Part shown: in pieces, positions 50,560 through 62,820 of the stretch
Layout: the number at the start of each line of letters is the position of its first letter
How positions within the stretch are numbered: position 1 is the first letter of the stretch
Assembly: GCF_020745735.1 (NCBI RefSeq)
Contig: NC_083408.1
Span: 32,766,484 to 32,830,483 of the forward strand
DNA: 64,000 nt
Direction of reading: 5' to 3'
From: Hemiscyllium ocellatum
Lineage: Eukaryota
The notes under the pieces: generated by a model
Told to the model about the DNA's origin: nothing
Seen by the model: the letters and a program-made list of their open reading frames with translations, nothing else
Database searches by the model: none
Made by a program: the position numbers and the translations under genes

Positions 50560-51360
50560 TAACATCCGAAGCTGCCACGTCACTTTGGCGGGATTCCCTG
50601 ACATCAGACGTCGTACGTCATCTCGCATCGGTCCCCAACCCCTAGCTCGAGCGACTCACGTGAGCACAACAGGCCCGTGCGCGGGAGAGTCCTCCACCCC
50701 AAAACTGACGATCGAAAACAACACGAAATACAGCGGATGTTTGGGGCTCGGTTTCATTGACAAAAAAAAAATGCATTAACGAATTCTTAACCAGCTCGGA
50801 GCAAATTCAAATCAGCGCTCGATAACTGTCGCCGGCGAGAATCACGTGACCCGCAATGTACGGGGTTTCCCAGCTTCTCATGCTCGGCTCCCTGCCGTTA
50901 ATAAGCAGTTGTCCCGGAGTGGTGACACATCTAGGAGGCTCCTGTTCTCGTTCCGGAGGTTTTTGTTTAATCCCCAGTCAAATCAAGCTGGTTCTATTAA
51001 CGTCCAAATTTCGGTTATTTCCGCCATGACCTGCTTACGGTGTTCGGCGATTCATTGTCCTCGGCTATTTCCGGTTGCGCTTCGGCTCATTCCGGAACAC
51101 GATCAGGCCACCCTCGGCTATTTCCGGTTGCGCCTCGGCTGTTTCCGGAACTCGGCCAGGCGGCGCCTCGGCTGTTTCCGGAAACTCACCTCGCCCTCGA
51201 TGGCCAGACGAGAGGCATCAGAAAAGTGAAAGCAACAAACGAGAAGGGAAGTTACTGGAAAACTGTGGAATGAGAAAAAAAAGTTAACATTTTTGATCTA
51301 GTGATCCTTCGTGAACACATCAGGAAATCGGAATCACATATCTTCGTGTTTACTTTACCC
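50560..51360. promoter_or_regulatory. Distal CpG island with promoter-type motifs
   Basis: CpG-dense non-repeat sequence. CCACGTCA at 50575, E2F TTTGGCGGGA at 50584-50593, TCACGTGA at 50656 and 50842, six TTCCGG (ETS) cores at 50951-51181. Confidence 0.7.
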
Positions 51361-51519
51361 AACTCATGAGAGAATGGTGTTTAATCGTGTCACAGCTACA
51401 CACAGTTTACTTTATCCTGTTAGACCAGGTGCTGCAGCTGGCAAAACGTTAATTTTCAAATCATTTCTGGCCACAGGACTGAAGGAACGCTAAGGTGGTA
51501 CCGTTTTTCAAGGTGGTGG

Positions 51520-52230
51520 CAAGAAAAAAAAAGCCAGGAAAGTCTAGGACACCTCTGTTTAGGTTCTGGTAGGGAAACTTGGAAAATATTATGAAGGATA
51601 GAAGTGATCAGGGTTTGAAAAGGCAAGGATTCATCAAGGATGGTCAGCACGGTTTTGTCAGGGAAGATCATGGAAAAAAGCTTGATTGAATTTCGGTTCA
51701 TAGAGACCTATCTCATGGAAACAGACCTAACCTATCCATGCTGACCACGTATCCTAAATATCTAGTGCCATTTACCTGTATTTGGTCTGTATCTCTCTAC
51801 ACCTTTCCTGTCAACATACCTGTCCAAATGTTTTTTAAATGTTGTGATTGTACCTGTCTCTACCATTTCCCCTTCCATACATACACTGCTCTGTGTGGAA
51901 CAAAATGCCCCGAGGTCCTTTTTAAATTTTTCTCCTCTCACCTTAAACCTATGCCCTCTAGTTTTAGATTCACCTACCTTTGGCTAGTCACCTTATCTCT
52001 TTCCCTCATGATTTCATACATGTCTATTTGGTCACCCCTCAATCTGTAACACTTCAGCGGAAAGGAAGTCCAAGCCTCTCTTTATAATTCAAGCCCCACA
52101 GTCCTGGCAATGTTCTTTTACATTTTGTCTGCACCCTTTCTAATTTAACAACATCCTTCCAATAGCAGAATTGCAATATTCCAAAAGTGGTCTCACCAAT
52201 ATCTTGTGCAGCCACAACATGACATCCCAA
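51520..52230. mobile_element. CR1 fragments (51520-51697 plus; 51698-52230 minus)
   Basis: GTCAGCACGGTTTTGT motif; LHKILVRPLLEY in ORF 52140-52328. Confidence 0.7.
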
Positions 52231-53462
52231 CCCATGTTCTCCACCTCCTGCAAGACTTTAATTTCCCTGGTCCCCAATGCCTCATCTTCACCATGGACCT
52301 CCAGTCCCTGTACACATCTATCCACCATGACTTAAGGCCTCCAAGCCCTCCGTTTCTCCCAGCGTCCCGAACAGTACCCCTGCATTGACGCACACATTCG
52401 TTTGGCTGAACTGGTCCTCACCCTCAATAATTTCTCCTTTGAATTCTCCCACTTCCTCCCAACCAAAGGGGTAGCCTTGGGCACCTGCATGGGCCCCAGC
52501 TATGCCTGTCTCTTTGTCAGTTACTTGGAACAATCCACCTTTTGCAGTTAGACTGGCACCATTCCCCACCTTTTCTTCTGATAATTGTATCAGCACCAAC
52601 CCGTGCTCCCACGAGAAGGTTGATCAGTTCATCAACTTAACCAACACATTCCACCCCGACCTTAAGTTCACCTGGACCATCTCGGACACTTCCCTCCCCT
52701 TCCTGGACCTCTCCATATCTATCAATAGTGACCGACTCAACATAGACACCTTCTACAAACCCACCGACTCCCACAGTTACCTGGACTACACCTCCTCTTA
52801 TCCTGGCACCTGTGAAAACGCTATCCCTTATTCCCAATTCCTCCACCTCCACTGCATCTGCTCCCAGGCGGACCAGTTCCACCACAGAACATACCAATTG
52901 GCCGCCCATCCCACATGGTCGATGATACCCTCCAGCGCATCTTATCCACTTCCTGCATCTCTGCCCTTGAACACCATCCCTCCAACTGCAACAAGGGCAG
53001 AATCCTCTGGTCCTCACCTTCCACTCCACCAATCTCCATATACATCGCATCATCCACTGCCATTTCTGCCACTTACACAGGGACCCCACCACCAGAGATA
53101 TATTTCCCTCCCTGCCCTATCCGCTTTCCATAAAGACCATTCCCTCCGTGGCTCTCTTGTCAGGTCCAAGCCCCCCCCATCAACCCATCCTCTTATCCCG
53201 GCACCTTCCCTTGCCACTGCAGGAATTGCAAAACCTCTGTCCACACCTCCTCTCCCCTCCCCTCCCGCCCCCACTTCCGTCCAAGGCCCCAAAGGAGCCT
53301 TCCACATCCATCGGAATTTTACCTGCACCTCCACACATCTCACTTACTATATCCGCTGCTTCCAATGCGGTCTCCTCTACATTAGGGAGACAGGACGCCT
53401 ACTTGCAAAATGCTTCAGAAAACATCTCTGGGAAACCTACATCAACCAACCCCACTGCCCCG
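52231..53462 (+). mobile_element. Penelope-like RT/GIY-YIG fragment (frameshifted)
   Basis: FTMDLQSLYTSI; GVALGTCMGPSYA; FYKPTDSHSYLDY; YYIRCFQCGLLYIRETGR. Confidence 0.88.
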
Positions 53463-54518
53463 GCTAACATTGTTTGTCTCATACGCTCTTGGCAAGGATA
53501 CACCTAGGCATGGTACATTGGCAAGACCAAGCAGACGCAACAACAACGGATAAATGGAAACCACGCAACAATCATCAGACGGGGTGTTTCCCCCCCACTC
53601 GGGGAACACTTCAGCAGTCAGGGACATTTGGCCTCGGATCTTCGAGTGACCATCGTCCAAGGCGGACTTTGGGGTAGGCAACAATGCAAAGTGGCCGAGC
53701 AGAGGCTGATGGCCAAGTTTAGTACCCGTGAGGATGGCCTCAACCAGGACCTTGGGTTCATGTCACACTACAGGTCACCTCACTACACTGTGCACTTTTT
53801 CACACACACACACCTATGCTTACATACTCACACACTCATGCAGACCCTCTCTCATATACACTCTCTCACTTGCACACACACACACATACACCCCCACACT
53901 CACACCCATGCACAGACTCTGTCACAGGCTTATACTCCATCATACCCAAACACACACCTTATCAAGCTTTCACACATGCAAACACACACTCAAGTGTACT
54001 CACACGCACACACTTACTCTCTTATGCATGTGTACACACATATAAGTCTATGGGGTGAATTTGTATTTGCAGATTATATTTTCATATCCATTCTATTTTG
54101 CACAAAAATACACAATCTGCAGGCAGTCAATACATGTAATATTTTGTAAATACTGCTTTGGAAATAGAACCAGTCTGACTCAAGATTGGGATATAGCCAG
54201 ACCCAACATCTTTAAAACATTGTCTGAGATGAGATGTCATCTTTTGCTATAAAACCTTAAGTTATCTCAAGAAGGTGACTTAAAATAAGTTCTGGAATTT
54301 ACGTATTAATGAACCGAAACCTGCAACCCATTCTAATAGATAAAAGACTTAACAACAATCCAGGTTGTTCAATATATCATTTCAGTTGCATGACACTGTA
54401 ACCTTTTGCTATAAATTCTGTGTCTTATGGTGTTATTCTCCACAACCACCTGATGGAGTGATAGTGCTTCCAGAAAAACCTGTTGGACTATAAACTTGAT
54501 GTTGTGTGATTTTTAACT
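53463..54518 (+). mobile_element. 3' part of a second PLE family (GIY-YIG, CA-rich tract, terminus)
   Basis: NIVCLIR..WYIGKTKQ..QRING; CA-rich tract at 53800-54040; 3' end homologous to the 27111 arms. Confidence 0.8.
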
Positions 54519-54564
54519 TCTACCATTAAGCTACTTTCGTATTCAATTGGCTATCTCTTCCTGG

Positions 54565-54660
54565 AGATAGTGAGGACTGCAGATGCTGGAAACCCTGATG
54601 AAGGGTCCTGCCTGAAACATCGACTATCCTGCTGTGCTTTTTCCAGCTCCACATTTTATC
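54565..54660. mobile_element. Tiny PLE-terminus insertion with hammerhead core, inside a CR1 remnant (about 54520-54870)
   Basis: GTGAGGACTGCAGATGCTGGA followed by CCTGATGAAGGGTCCTGCCTGAAACATCGA; imperfect TSD TATCTCT(TC/CT)CTGGA. Confidence 0.65.
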
Positions 54661-56583
54661 TCTCTCTGGATCTCATGTGACCTTACTAACCAGTCTACCA
54701 TGTGGGATCTTGTCAAAGGCCTTACTAAAATCCGTGTAGACAATGTCAACTGCTATTCCTTCATCTGTCTTGGTAACCTCTTAAAAAAAATCAAATTTGT
54801 GAGACACGATCACCAATGCCAAAAGCTATGCTGACAATGCCTAATCAGTCCTTGCCTTTCCAAATGCATTTGATTTACAAAGAGGTGACTAACTGTGTAG
54901 GTGAGGGTAGGCCTTTGACAAGATCTTGACAAGTTTGGCAGATTGATTAAGAAACTGAGAGCCCACAGAATACAGGGCAGTTTGGCAATACTGTCCACTT
55001 GGCTGGATTCATTCAGCTCCAACCACACTCATAAAGCAGCAGGATAAAGCAGCCTGCTTGATTAGCACCACATCCTCAAACATTCACTCCCTCCTAAACT
55101 GATACTCAATAGGACAATTTATGTAATCTACAAGATACACTGGAAAAATTCAATATTCCTTTGATAGTAACTTCCAAACCGACAGCCACTACCATCAAGA
55201 AGGACAAGGGCAGCAAATACATGAAAATACCAGCACCTGTAAGATCCCCTCTAACTCATTCTTCATCTGACTTGGAAATATATCACTGTTCCTTCAGTGC
55301 CACTGGGTCAAAATCCTGGGACTCAGCACTGTGGGTATATCTACACTGAATGAACTGCAGCAGATCAAGAAGGCAGCTTTCCACTCCCACCTCAAGGGCA
55401 ACTAAAGTTGGCCGATAATTTCTGGACCCACATCTTCTGAATAAAATAAAGCAAAGAGTTTAAATTCCTCCTGCCTGCACAATTGCACCAACATAACCTT
55501 CAAATGCTCTGTTTGCCACCACTAGCTTTAAAGCAACTCTGTTCATTCACAACAATGTCTGTAGCCCTAACTCACTCCTTTTGTGGTCCCTGTAATGTCT
55601 GTAAGGTGATGAACCTCTGTGCTGGTTGCAACCTGACTACTCCCTCCAAAGTACACAAACCAGATAGCAATCATGAGACATTGTGACTAGATCATTGTGG
55701 GAACCACTGTTATTTTAATGATTTAATCTGCTGCCTCCTAACTCACCTGAACATTCTGTTTTATTTGTACCCTTCCATATAATTCCCTGCTTCTTTAATT
55801 GTTTAACAAATGCAAATCCCCAGAGACAAATAATCACCACCTCATTTGTTAAGTTAGTTAGTCTGCTACTTTGAGGGACACTGCTTGGGAGTGTGCATTA
55901 TTGTCTGTCCACCACCGCGTATCATATTTGTACTGAGGCTCCAGCGATGGAGGTAGGCTGCACAGGGGCAGGAGATTATTCTATACTTCCTAGATAACTG
56001 GCAACCCAAATCACTTCATTCTTCTCTCCAGAAGCACAGCCTCATTGTCTGATTCATTACTAGATCAAATACTAATGGTTTGTCCTTGACCCACTCGACA
56101 AGGGCCTCTTTCATCGTGGAACTTCAAACCTGTCATTCAACAAATGGGATTAGTCACTACTAGTGAGTTCCCCTGTTTCCTTGAACTAAAGGACATTCTT
56201 TACTCAGGAAGGCTGGTCATATGAGGCACCGAGAAGGAAGGCAGGCAGTAGGTGAGTTGAACAGGTTGTTGAGGAGTGGATAAATGAGGTGTAGCATGGA
56301 TGATTTGAATCAGCCTATGGCGTTTCACTGGATGTGCAGGGGAGTGATATTTGTGAAGACGGGAGACAGTGTTGAGCAGAAGTTTACAGCTGTGATGCCC
56401 ATTTATCGTACACCCACTCGATGACCATTTCCAAACAATTGCACAGTAGTCTATGGATTATGATCGGGTAAATACTGTTTAAAGTCTTTTGTATCATTAA
56501 CCACTTTCAATTCTGCTAAAGAGTAACCTTCTCCCCATGGGTGGAAAGTCATGTCTTTCTTTCCAGGACCCTCTGACACCATA

Positions 56584-56730
56584 TTTCTCCAAGAAGGAAC
56601 CAAGGCCCTTGTAGATGCAGTTGTCAAGAGTAGAGGAGTTATCTTCCCAGAGGACCTGCAGAGGAACCCTCAGCACCAGACCATGGTTTGAGATCGCCAC
56701 CTGGACCAGTGCCATCTCCATGCAGTAAGA
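56584..56730 (+). pseudogene. Decayed Myb/SANT-like (Harbinger ORF2-type) remnant
   Basis: Frameshifted reading FSKKE/KALVDAVVKSRGVIFPED..QT/WFEIATWTSAIS. Confidence 0.4.
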
Positions 56731-56864
56731 AGGTCAGTGGTCGTTCCCTCTCTGCCAGATTGGGTGCAATGTTCTGCTCTTCTGCTGCCTCATATTTATC
56801 TGTGCCACGACATCTCTCACCAATATTTATGCTCTGATGTGCACTCTATAGAATAAAACAGTAA

Positions 56865-57950
56865 TCATAAGACCATAACAAATAGGAACATGATTAGTCT
56901 GTTCAGCTCCTTGAGCGTGCTCCACTTTTCAATTGAATAGTGGCTGATCTTCATTTCCACTTTCCTGCCCTTTCCCCGTTACCCTTGATTCCTCGACTGA
57001 TTAAGAATCTATCACAATCTTAAATATACACACAGACTCTGCTTCCACAGCTGTCTGTGGCAAGAAGTTTCAAAGAACGCAGCCATCTGACAGAAGAAAT
57101 TTCTCCTCATCTCAGTCTTAAATTGACACACCTCTATTCTTAAACTATTCCCTTCAGTCCTAGATGCTCCCATGATGGAAACATCCTCTCAACATTTACC
57201 TTGTCAAGCCCCTAAGGAATCCTATATGTTTTAATAAGATCACCTCACGTTGTTCTCAATTCCAATGAGTCCCAACCTTATGAGTTTCATAAGACAATCC
57301 CTCCATACCAGGGATTATCCTAGTAAATTTTCTCCAAATTGCCTCCAATGAAATGATAACTTTCCTTAAATAACAGGTCCATACCTGCACACAGAACTCC
57401 AGATGTGGTCTCAAATCTGGAGTTGTACACTTACAGTAAGACATCTTATACTTTTATACTGCAGCCTCCTTGAAATAAATTAGTCTTCATTATTACCTGC
57501 TGCACCTGTATGCTAGCTTTCTGTGTTTTGTTATCCATTTAAACAATACTCTATTCTTTGTTCTCCCTTCCACAATCTTTGCATTTTCAAATATTAGACT
57601 TCATTTGTCAACTTTTTGCCCACTAACTTACCCACTCATTATCTCTCTGTATCCCATTCATAACCCGCCTTTCCACCTAAATATTGTCTGCAAATGTGGC
57701 GACAGTATATTCACTTCTTTCCTCCAAATCATCAACATATATTGTAAACAGTTGCGGTCCCAGCATTGATCTCTTTGGAACCCCACTGGGTCACTGGTCA
57801 CCAACATGAAAAAGAGCCCCTAATCTCCATTCGCTGTTTCCTATGCATGAGACATTTCTCTATCTGTGCCAATATGTGATCTCCAACATTGTGGGCTGTT
57901 ATGACTTAACCTTTTGTGAGGTACCTTGTCCAAAGCCCCTGGAATGCCTT
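56865..57950 (-). mobile_element. CR1 LINE fragment
   Basis: ORF 57256-57444 (RPHLEFCVQVW..LEAIWRKFTRIIPGMEGLSYE). Confidence 0.8.
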
Positions 57951-60900
57951 TCCTCACTCACCCTCATTGCCCCATATTCTGCCACAACCAACCACCCTGC
58001 ATGCTCTCCATGCTGCCTCATTGTTCCCTTGAAACACCGCAACACCTTTTCCTCCATATGCACCACTTCTAACGTCATTTCCTCCATACTTCACCTCCTA
58101 CCCCCCAATGACTCTCCTGTGGACTACTGTCCAAAGACCTTGAGACATATCCCACTGCTCACTGCAGATGAATGAATGATTAATTTATTTATTGTCACAT
58201 ATATCTTGAAGATACAGTGAAAAATGTTTTATCGCCACAATCTGGCATCATTTTGAGATGCTATGTGTTGGCGCAGATGCTCTGGCCACGTGATAGAGGT
58301 GCCCTATCACTCTAGACTTGGCACATTCATGTACATGAAGATATAGGCATTCTCAAATAAGGATCGCTGCACAGCACTTCCATCTGGCTGGTTGTCTGAC
58401 TGTGCCAAATGCCAAGGCATGGCATGCATGGCAAGATATGCATGCTGAGGACATGCTGATAGTCAGCAGGTGAACGTGCACAGAGACAGCAAGGGAGGAT
58501 CCTCGGTAAGCAGCCTAGTCCACACTGTATAATAGGTTCCTTCCCTTGTGCAGTACCCAATGCAGTCAAACACTGCTGATTGTTGGTTTGCCTTCCTAGA
58601 CTAGTCAACCCATGAAGGGCATATTGCCAGTATATTGGAGGATGCCAAGATGGTGGTGATGCCTCCTTGAAAGTTTGAGGTGATGGCGCTGATGTCCATG
58701 ATGGAACAGTATGTGAAGCTGGTGGTGATGAATCGAAGCCTGCTCCCATTTTATCCGTGACCGACATGGATTCTCTGGAGCAAGCGGTGAGTTGAACCTG
58801 CCAAGAATTCACTCTAGTTTCCATGTTGAGTTTTGCCAACAGTTTTTGTAGTAAGATTGCAATCCAGGCAATTAAAGAACTGTTTTACAAGCAATAACTC
58901 TGTGCTCCCTGGAAAGAATCTTGTCATGAGCAATGCAGGATAGTTGGTGTGAGATGATCTCAACTTTGAGGCAAATATTCTACAGCACATCTTGCCTTTG
59001 TCCTCACCGGTCAGAGTCCGATAAATTTCCACCCAGTCTTTTACAAATTTGTCATGTAAGTTATCCCACTGAGAAAATTACATTTCAAAGCTATTGAAAA
59101 TTGTAATGAAAACTAAATCCAAACATTGCCCACCAATAGACCTGCACGTTATTGAACAGTTTACTGTAGTTTTAATGTAACCATTTTTGATCATTTGATT
59201 GAAGTCACATGGAATAAAGGAAGAAAGTTCTAAGCAAGCCGATGCAAACCTCAATTTGAGCAAGTGAAACTACCCAGATAGACAAAACTGCCTTTATTGT
59301 TATTTCATTCTTTCCAAGCTGGTAAGGAAGGGGCATAGAAGGGTTAGGAGAATCTCAGAAATTTATTGGAGGGAAGTTTTTTTTTTAAATTACACAGACG
59401 ATGGTTAAACCATTAAATCCCTATGCCGTTTAGAGAATTTACGAGCACACAACTCGGCCATTTAGTGTATTCCCACTCCTTCTCCAAGTTTTGCATCTGT
59501 CATGAGAACCATGTATGTGCAAAAATGTGTATTTTTAATTGAGAAGGAAAGGAAGCCCTGCATTTCAGTGGCGCCTGTCAATTTCTTAGCAACATCCTCA
59601 AAATAGATTTACAGCCAAATAAGTGATTAAAAAACATTCTGAAAATGGAGACCAAATAGAATGAAGCAAAGCTAGCTTTTCTTCCTGTGATGAAAAACAC
59701 CAGGTCAGACTTGAAAAGCTACTTCTGTGCTGTAGCAGATAACGATTATATAATTTTTGACAATGCACAAAGTTGGTTTGGCATGCAAGACCTATGCTTG
59801 AGTAACAGGATTTAATAATCTTCCAGTACCTATTTAGTAATAGTTAAAAATTGCCTGGCAGTAAGCTGGATGGCAAATAAATTTTCACTTACACTGTTAC
59901 GACTTAACTAGGCAGGACTATGAAATTATGTCTCCTGCTTAATATCAGTGAGTACACTTCAAAAGTGAACAATTGGTTATAAATTCATTTGGGACATCTT
60001 GAAGTCATTATATGAACACCGGTGTTGTATTCTACATTGTGAAAGCATTAAGGAGCATTGATATTTGAAAGCATTTGAAAATTGTTTGAGCCTTGAAAAT
60101 TGGCCAGATCACACTGATTTCACAGTTTAATTTGATATCAAATACAATAAGTGAGAAAGGCAGATCAGACATAACAAACCTTTCACTTTGAGGATGTAGA
60201 TAAACAATGTAAGCAGCAGGTTCCTAAAGATCCTGAAACGAACATCATCTCAATGGAAAGAACACGAGGAGAGGGATTTTTTATTTGGAAATTGTTGCAC
60301 ACATAACAAACATGTGCATCTGAAAGAAGGAGAAGGAGGTGTGAACAGTTCAGGAAAGAGCTTGTAATTATAGTAAACTGCTTTACAAGATTGAAAAGAG
60401 TACTTTGTACCTCATAAGCGATGATATTGCTTTCCTTTAAACTGCAGTAAAATTACCTTAAACTCTGAAACTAGAGGGATTGGATAATAAAAATAAAGAT
60501 AAGACTATTAAACTTTGGGCATTTACGGATGGACACTAAATGCTAGCCTAGCAAGTGAAGCCCTCGTCTGTAAATGTATGTAAAAACAGAAGGCTGATGT
60601 GTGGCTTATTACATGTTTCCTCATGCCCTCCCGCCAGCTTACGCATTCCATGGGACCCTCCAAAATTAGCCTTTTTGTGATTCTGGGTCTACTGTAGCAT
60701 TCTGGCCAACAGACATGATACATATCGATCAATTCAAATTCCATTGTCAATCCTTTCATGGAGTAAAACCCCCTCATGCCTTGAAGTACAGAACTTGCAG
60801 GTTCATTTTGCTGCACCGTCATATAAAATGGTCAATTCCCATCAGCAGTTCATTATGCATTTCTCTCACTTTTCATTAACATCAGAGCCAGAGGTAGTAA

Positions 60901-61047
60901 GACTGCATCTACACATCTTACCTCCAAACAAGGACCCCACAGTTATCCTTCCTGAACTTGTTATTAAACTCTATTAACTTGTGCTCACTATCTACTTCCC
61001 CGAACAGTTCATTCCATCTGATTCTCTTTGTAAGACAGTTATATCTA

Positions 61048-61525
61048 GACAAGGAGCAAATGAGGACTGCAGATGCTGGAGATCAAAGTCAAAAAATGTG
61101 GCACTGGAAAAGCACAGCAGGTCAGGTAGCATCCGAGGAGCAGGAGAATCAACATTTCGGGCATAAGCCCTTCATCAGGAACCTGGTGGGAGGGCATGGG
61201 GAAACATGTAATAAGTCACATGTCAGCCTTGTGTTTTTATATACATTTACAGGATGAAGGCTAGCATATAATGTCCATCCCTAAGTGCCTAGAAGACAGT
61301 TAAGAGACAACCACTTACTGTGGGTCTAGTTTCACATGTAGGCTACACCAGGTAAGGATGGATTAATGAACCAGATGAGTTTTTCTGACAATCAACAATG
61401 GATTCATTGTTACCATTAGACTTTTAATTCCAGATTTCGGATCAAGGGCTTATGCCCAAAACATCGATTCTCCTTCTCTTTGGATGCTGCCTGACCTGCT
61501 GTGCTTTTCCAGCACCACACTTTTC
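61048..61525. mobile_element. Fold-back PLE-terminus element with a ~250-bp spacer
   Basis: Arms 61088-61172 and 61444-61528; decayed hammerhead at 61147-61182 (minus); TSD GACAGTTA(T/A)ATCTA at 61034-61047 and 61526-61539. Confidence 0.75.
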
Positions 61526-61756
61526 GACAGTTAAATCTAAATTTTATGCTTCACTGTTTTTTAAGTTTGAGCCCATGTGCTCTGAGTGTGGATAATTTTG
61601 AATCTTGAATGTTTCATGGGATGTGGGAGATACTGGTTAGGTATAGTTACCCTTGAGAAGGTGGCAGTGAGTCTTAGTGCAGTCCATATAGTGTAGGTAT
61701 ATTTACAGTGTTGTTAGGAAGGGAATTCCAGGATTTTGACTCAGTTCCACGGAAGG

Positions 61757-62075
61757 ACGGTGGTGTGGCGGCTCAGTGGTTAACAATACTAGCTTACTGC
61801 ACCAGGGACCTGGGTGACTGCACGGAGTTTTCGTACTCTTCTCACGTTTGTATGGGTTTCTCCTGGGTAATCTAGCTTACTCCCACAGTCCACAGGTAAG
61901 GTGGATTTGCCATGCTAAATTGCCCATATTGTCCAGGGATGTTCAGGCTAGGTGGATTAGCCATGGGTAATGTAGGGTTTATGGGGAGGGGGTGGGTCTG
62001 GGTGGAATGCTCTTTGGACAGTCAGACTCAATTGGCCAAATAGCATAATTCCACACTGTAGGGATACTATGATTC
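61757..62075 (+). mobile_element. HE1-type SINE (decayed)
   Basis: GCGGCTCAGTGGTTAAC head; CCATGCTAAATTGCCC; CCACACTGTAGGGA tail. Confidence 0.75.
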
Positions 62076-62339
62076 TTTATTTCCAAGCCAGGATTGTGAG
62101 TAACTTGCAGGTGATGTTCATTCCCATGTGTTTGCTGACCTTGTTCTTCTAAATGCTCACGGTCACAGATTTGCGATGTGGTGTCTGTAGCATGGTGAGA
62201 ATGGATACAATAATGATATAAAGTATGTTATAACAAGGACAAGCAGTCATGTGCAAAAAGCAATGAAGCAAGGATGGAGTATTCTATACAATGAGGGATG
62301 TACTTATTGGAGATCAGTATTATGTACAGTAATGTCACA

Positions 62340-62820
62340 GAATCTCAGAATAAGAAATGGCACAGAAGGACACCATTTGGCTTCTCCTGCCTGCTGTGAC
62401 TGTTCAAATGAGCATCATTCATCTAGTGCCAATGTCCTGCTTTCTCCCCATTCTCTAGCCCATCCACTGTCCTCTTGAGTTAATCAGTTGAATCTCCAGT
62501 GCATTCCATACATCACTACTTGCTGATTGAAAATGTTTTTTCTTCACATCACACTTGCTTCATTTGCACATCACTTTAAATTTAGCCCTCTCGTTTTTTC
62601 TTTTAATGAATGCGACCAGCTTCTCCTTATCTGTTCTGTCCAGCCACTCATGATTCTGAAAACTTTTATGAAATCTTCTCTTAGCCTTCTTCTCTCCAAG
62701 GAGAACAGTCCCAATTTCTCCAATTCATCATCAGAATTGAAGTTTCTCATTCCTGGAACCACTTTTGTAAATTGCTTCTGCACTCTCTCCAATACATCTG
62801 CATTTTTCCTACAATGGTCA
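62340..62820 (-). mobile_element. CR1 3' fragment
   Basis: ORF 62571-62873 (LERVQKQFTKVVPGM..LGLFSLERRRLRED). Confidence 0.8.

Noticed and set aside
51026-51229. CCGCCATG-initiated ORF in the distal island
   Set aside because: Good Kozak context, but the peptide only reflects the 15-bp repeat, and there is no homology and no plus-strand donor.
53628-54149. His/Thr-rich ORFs
   Set aside because: They are translations of a CA-rich microsatellite inside a PLE 3' region.
58680-58790. Short open frame ending in GCG|GTGAGT (possible plus-strand exon)
   Set aside because: There is an in-frame stop immediately upstream, no convincing acceptor, and the peptide is not recognised.
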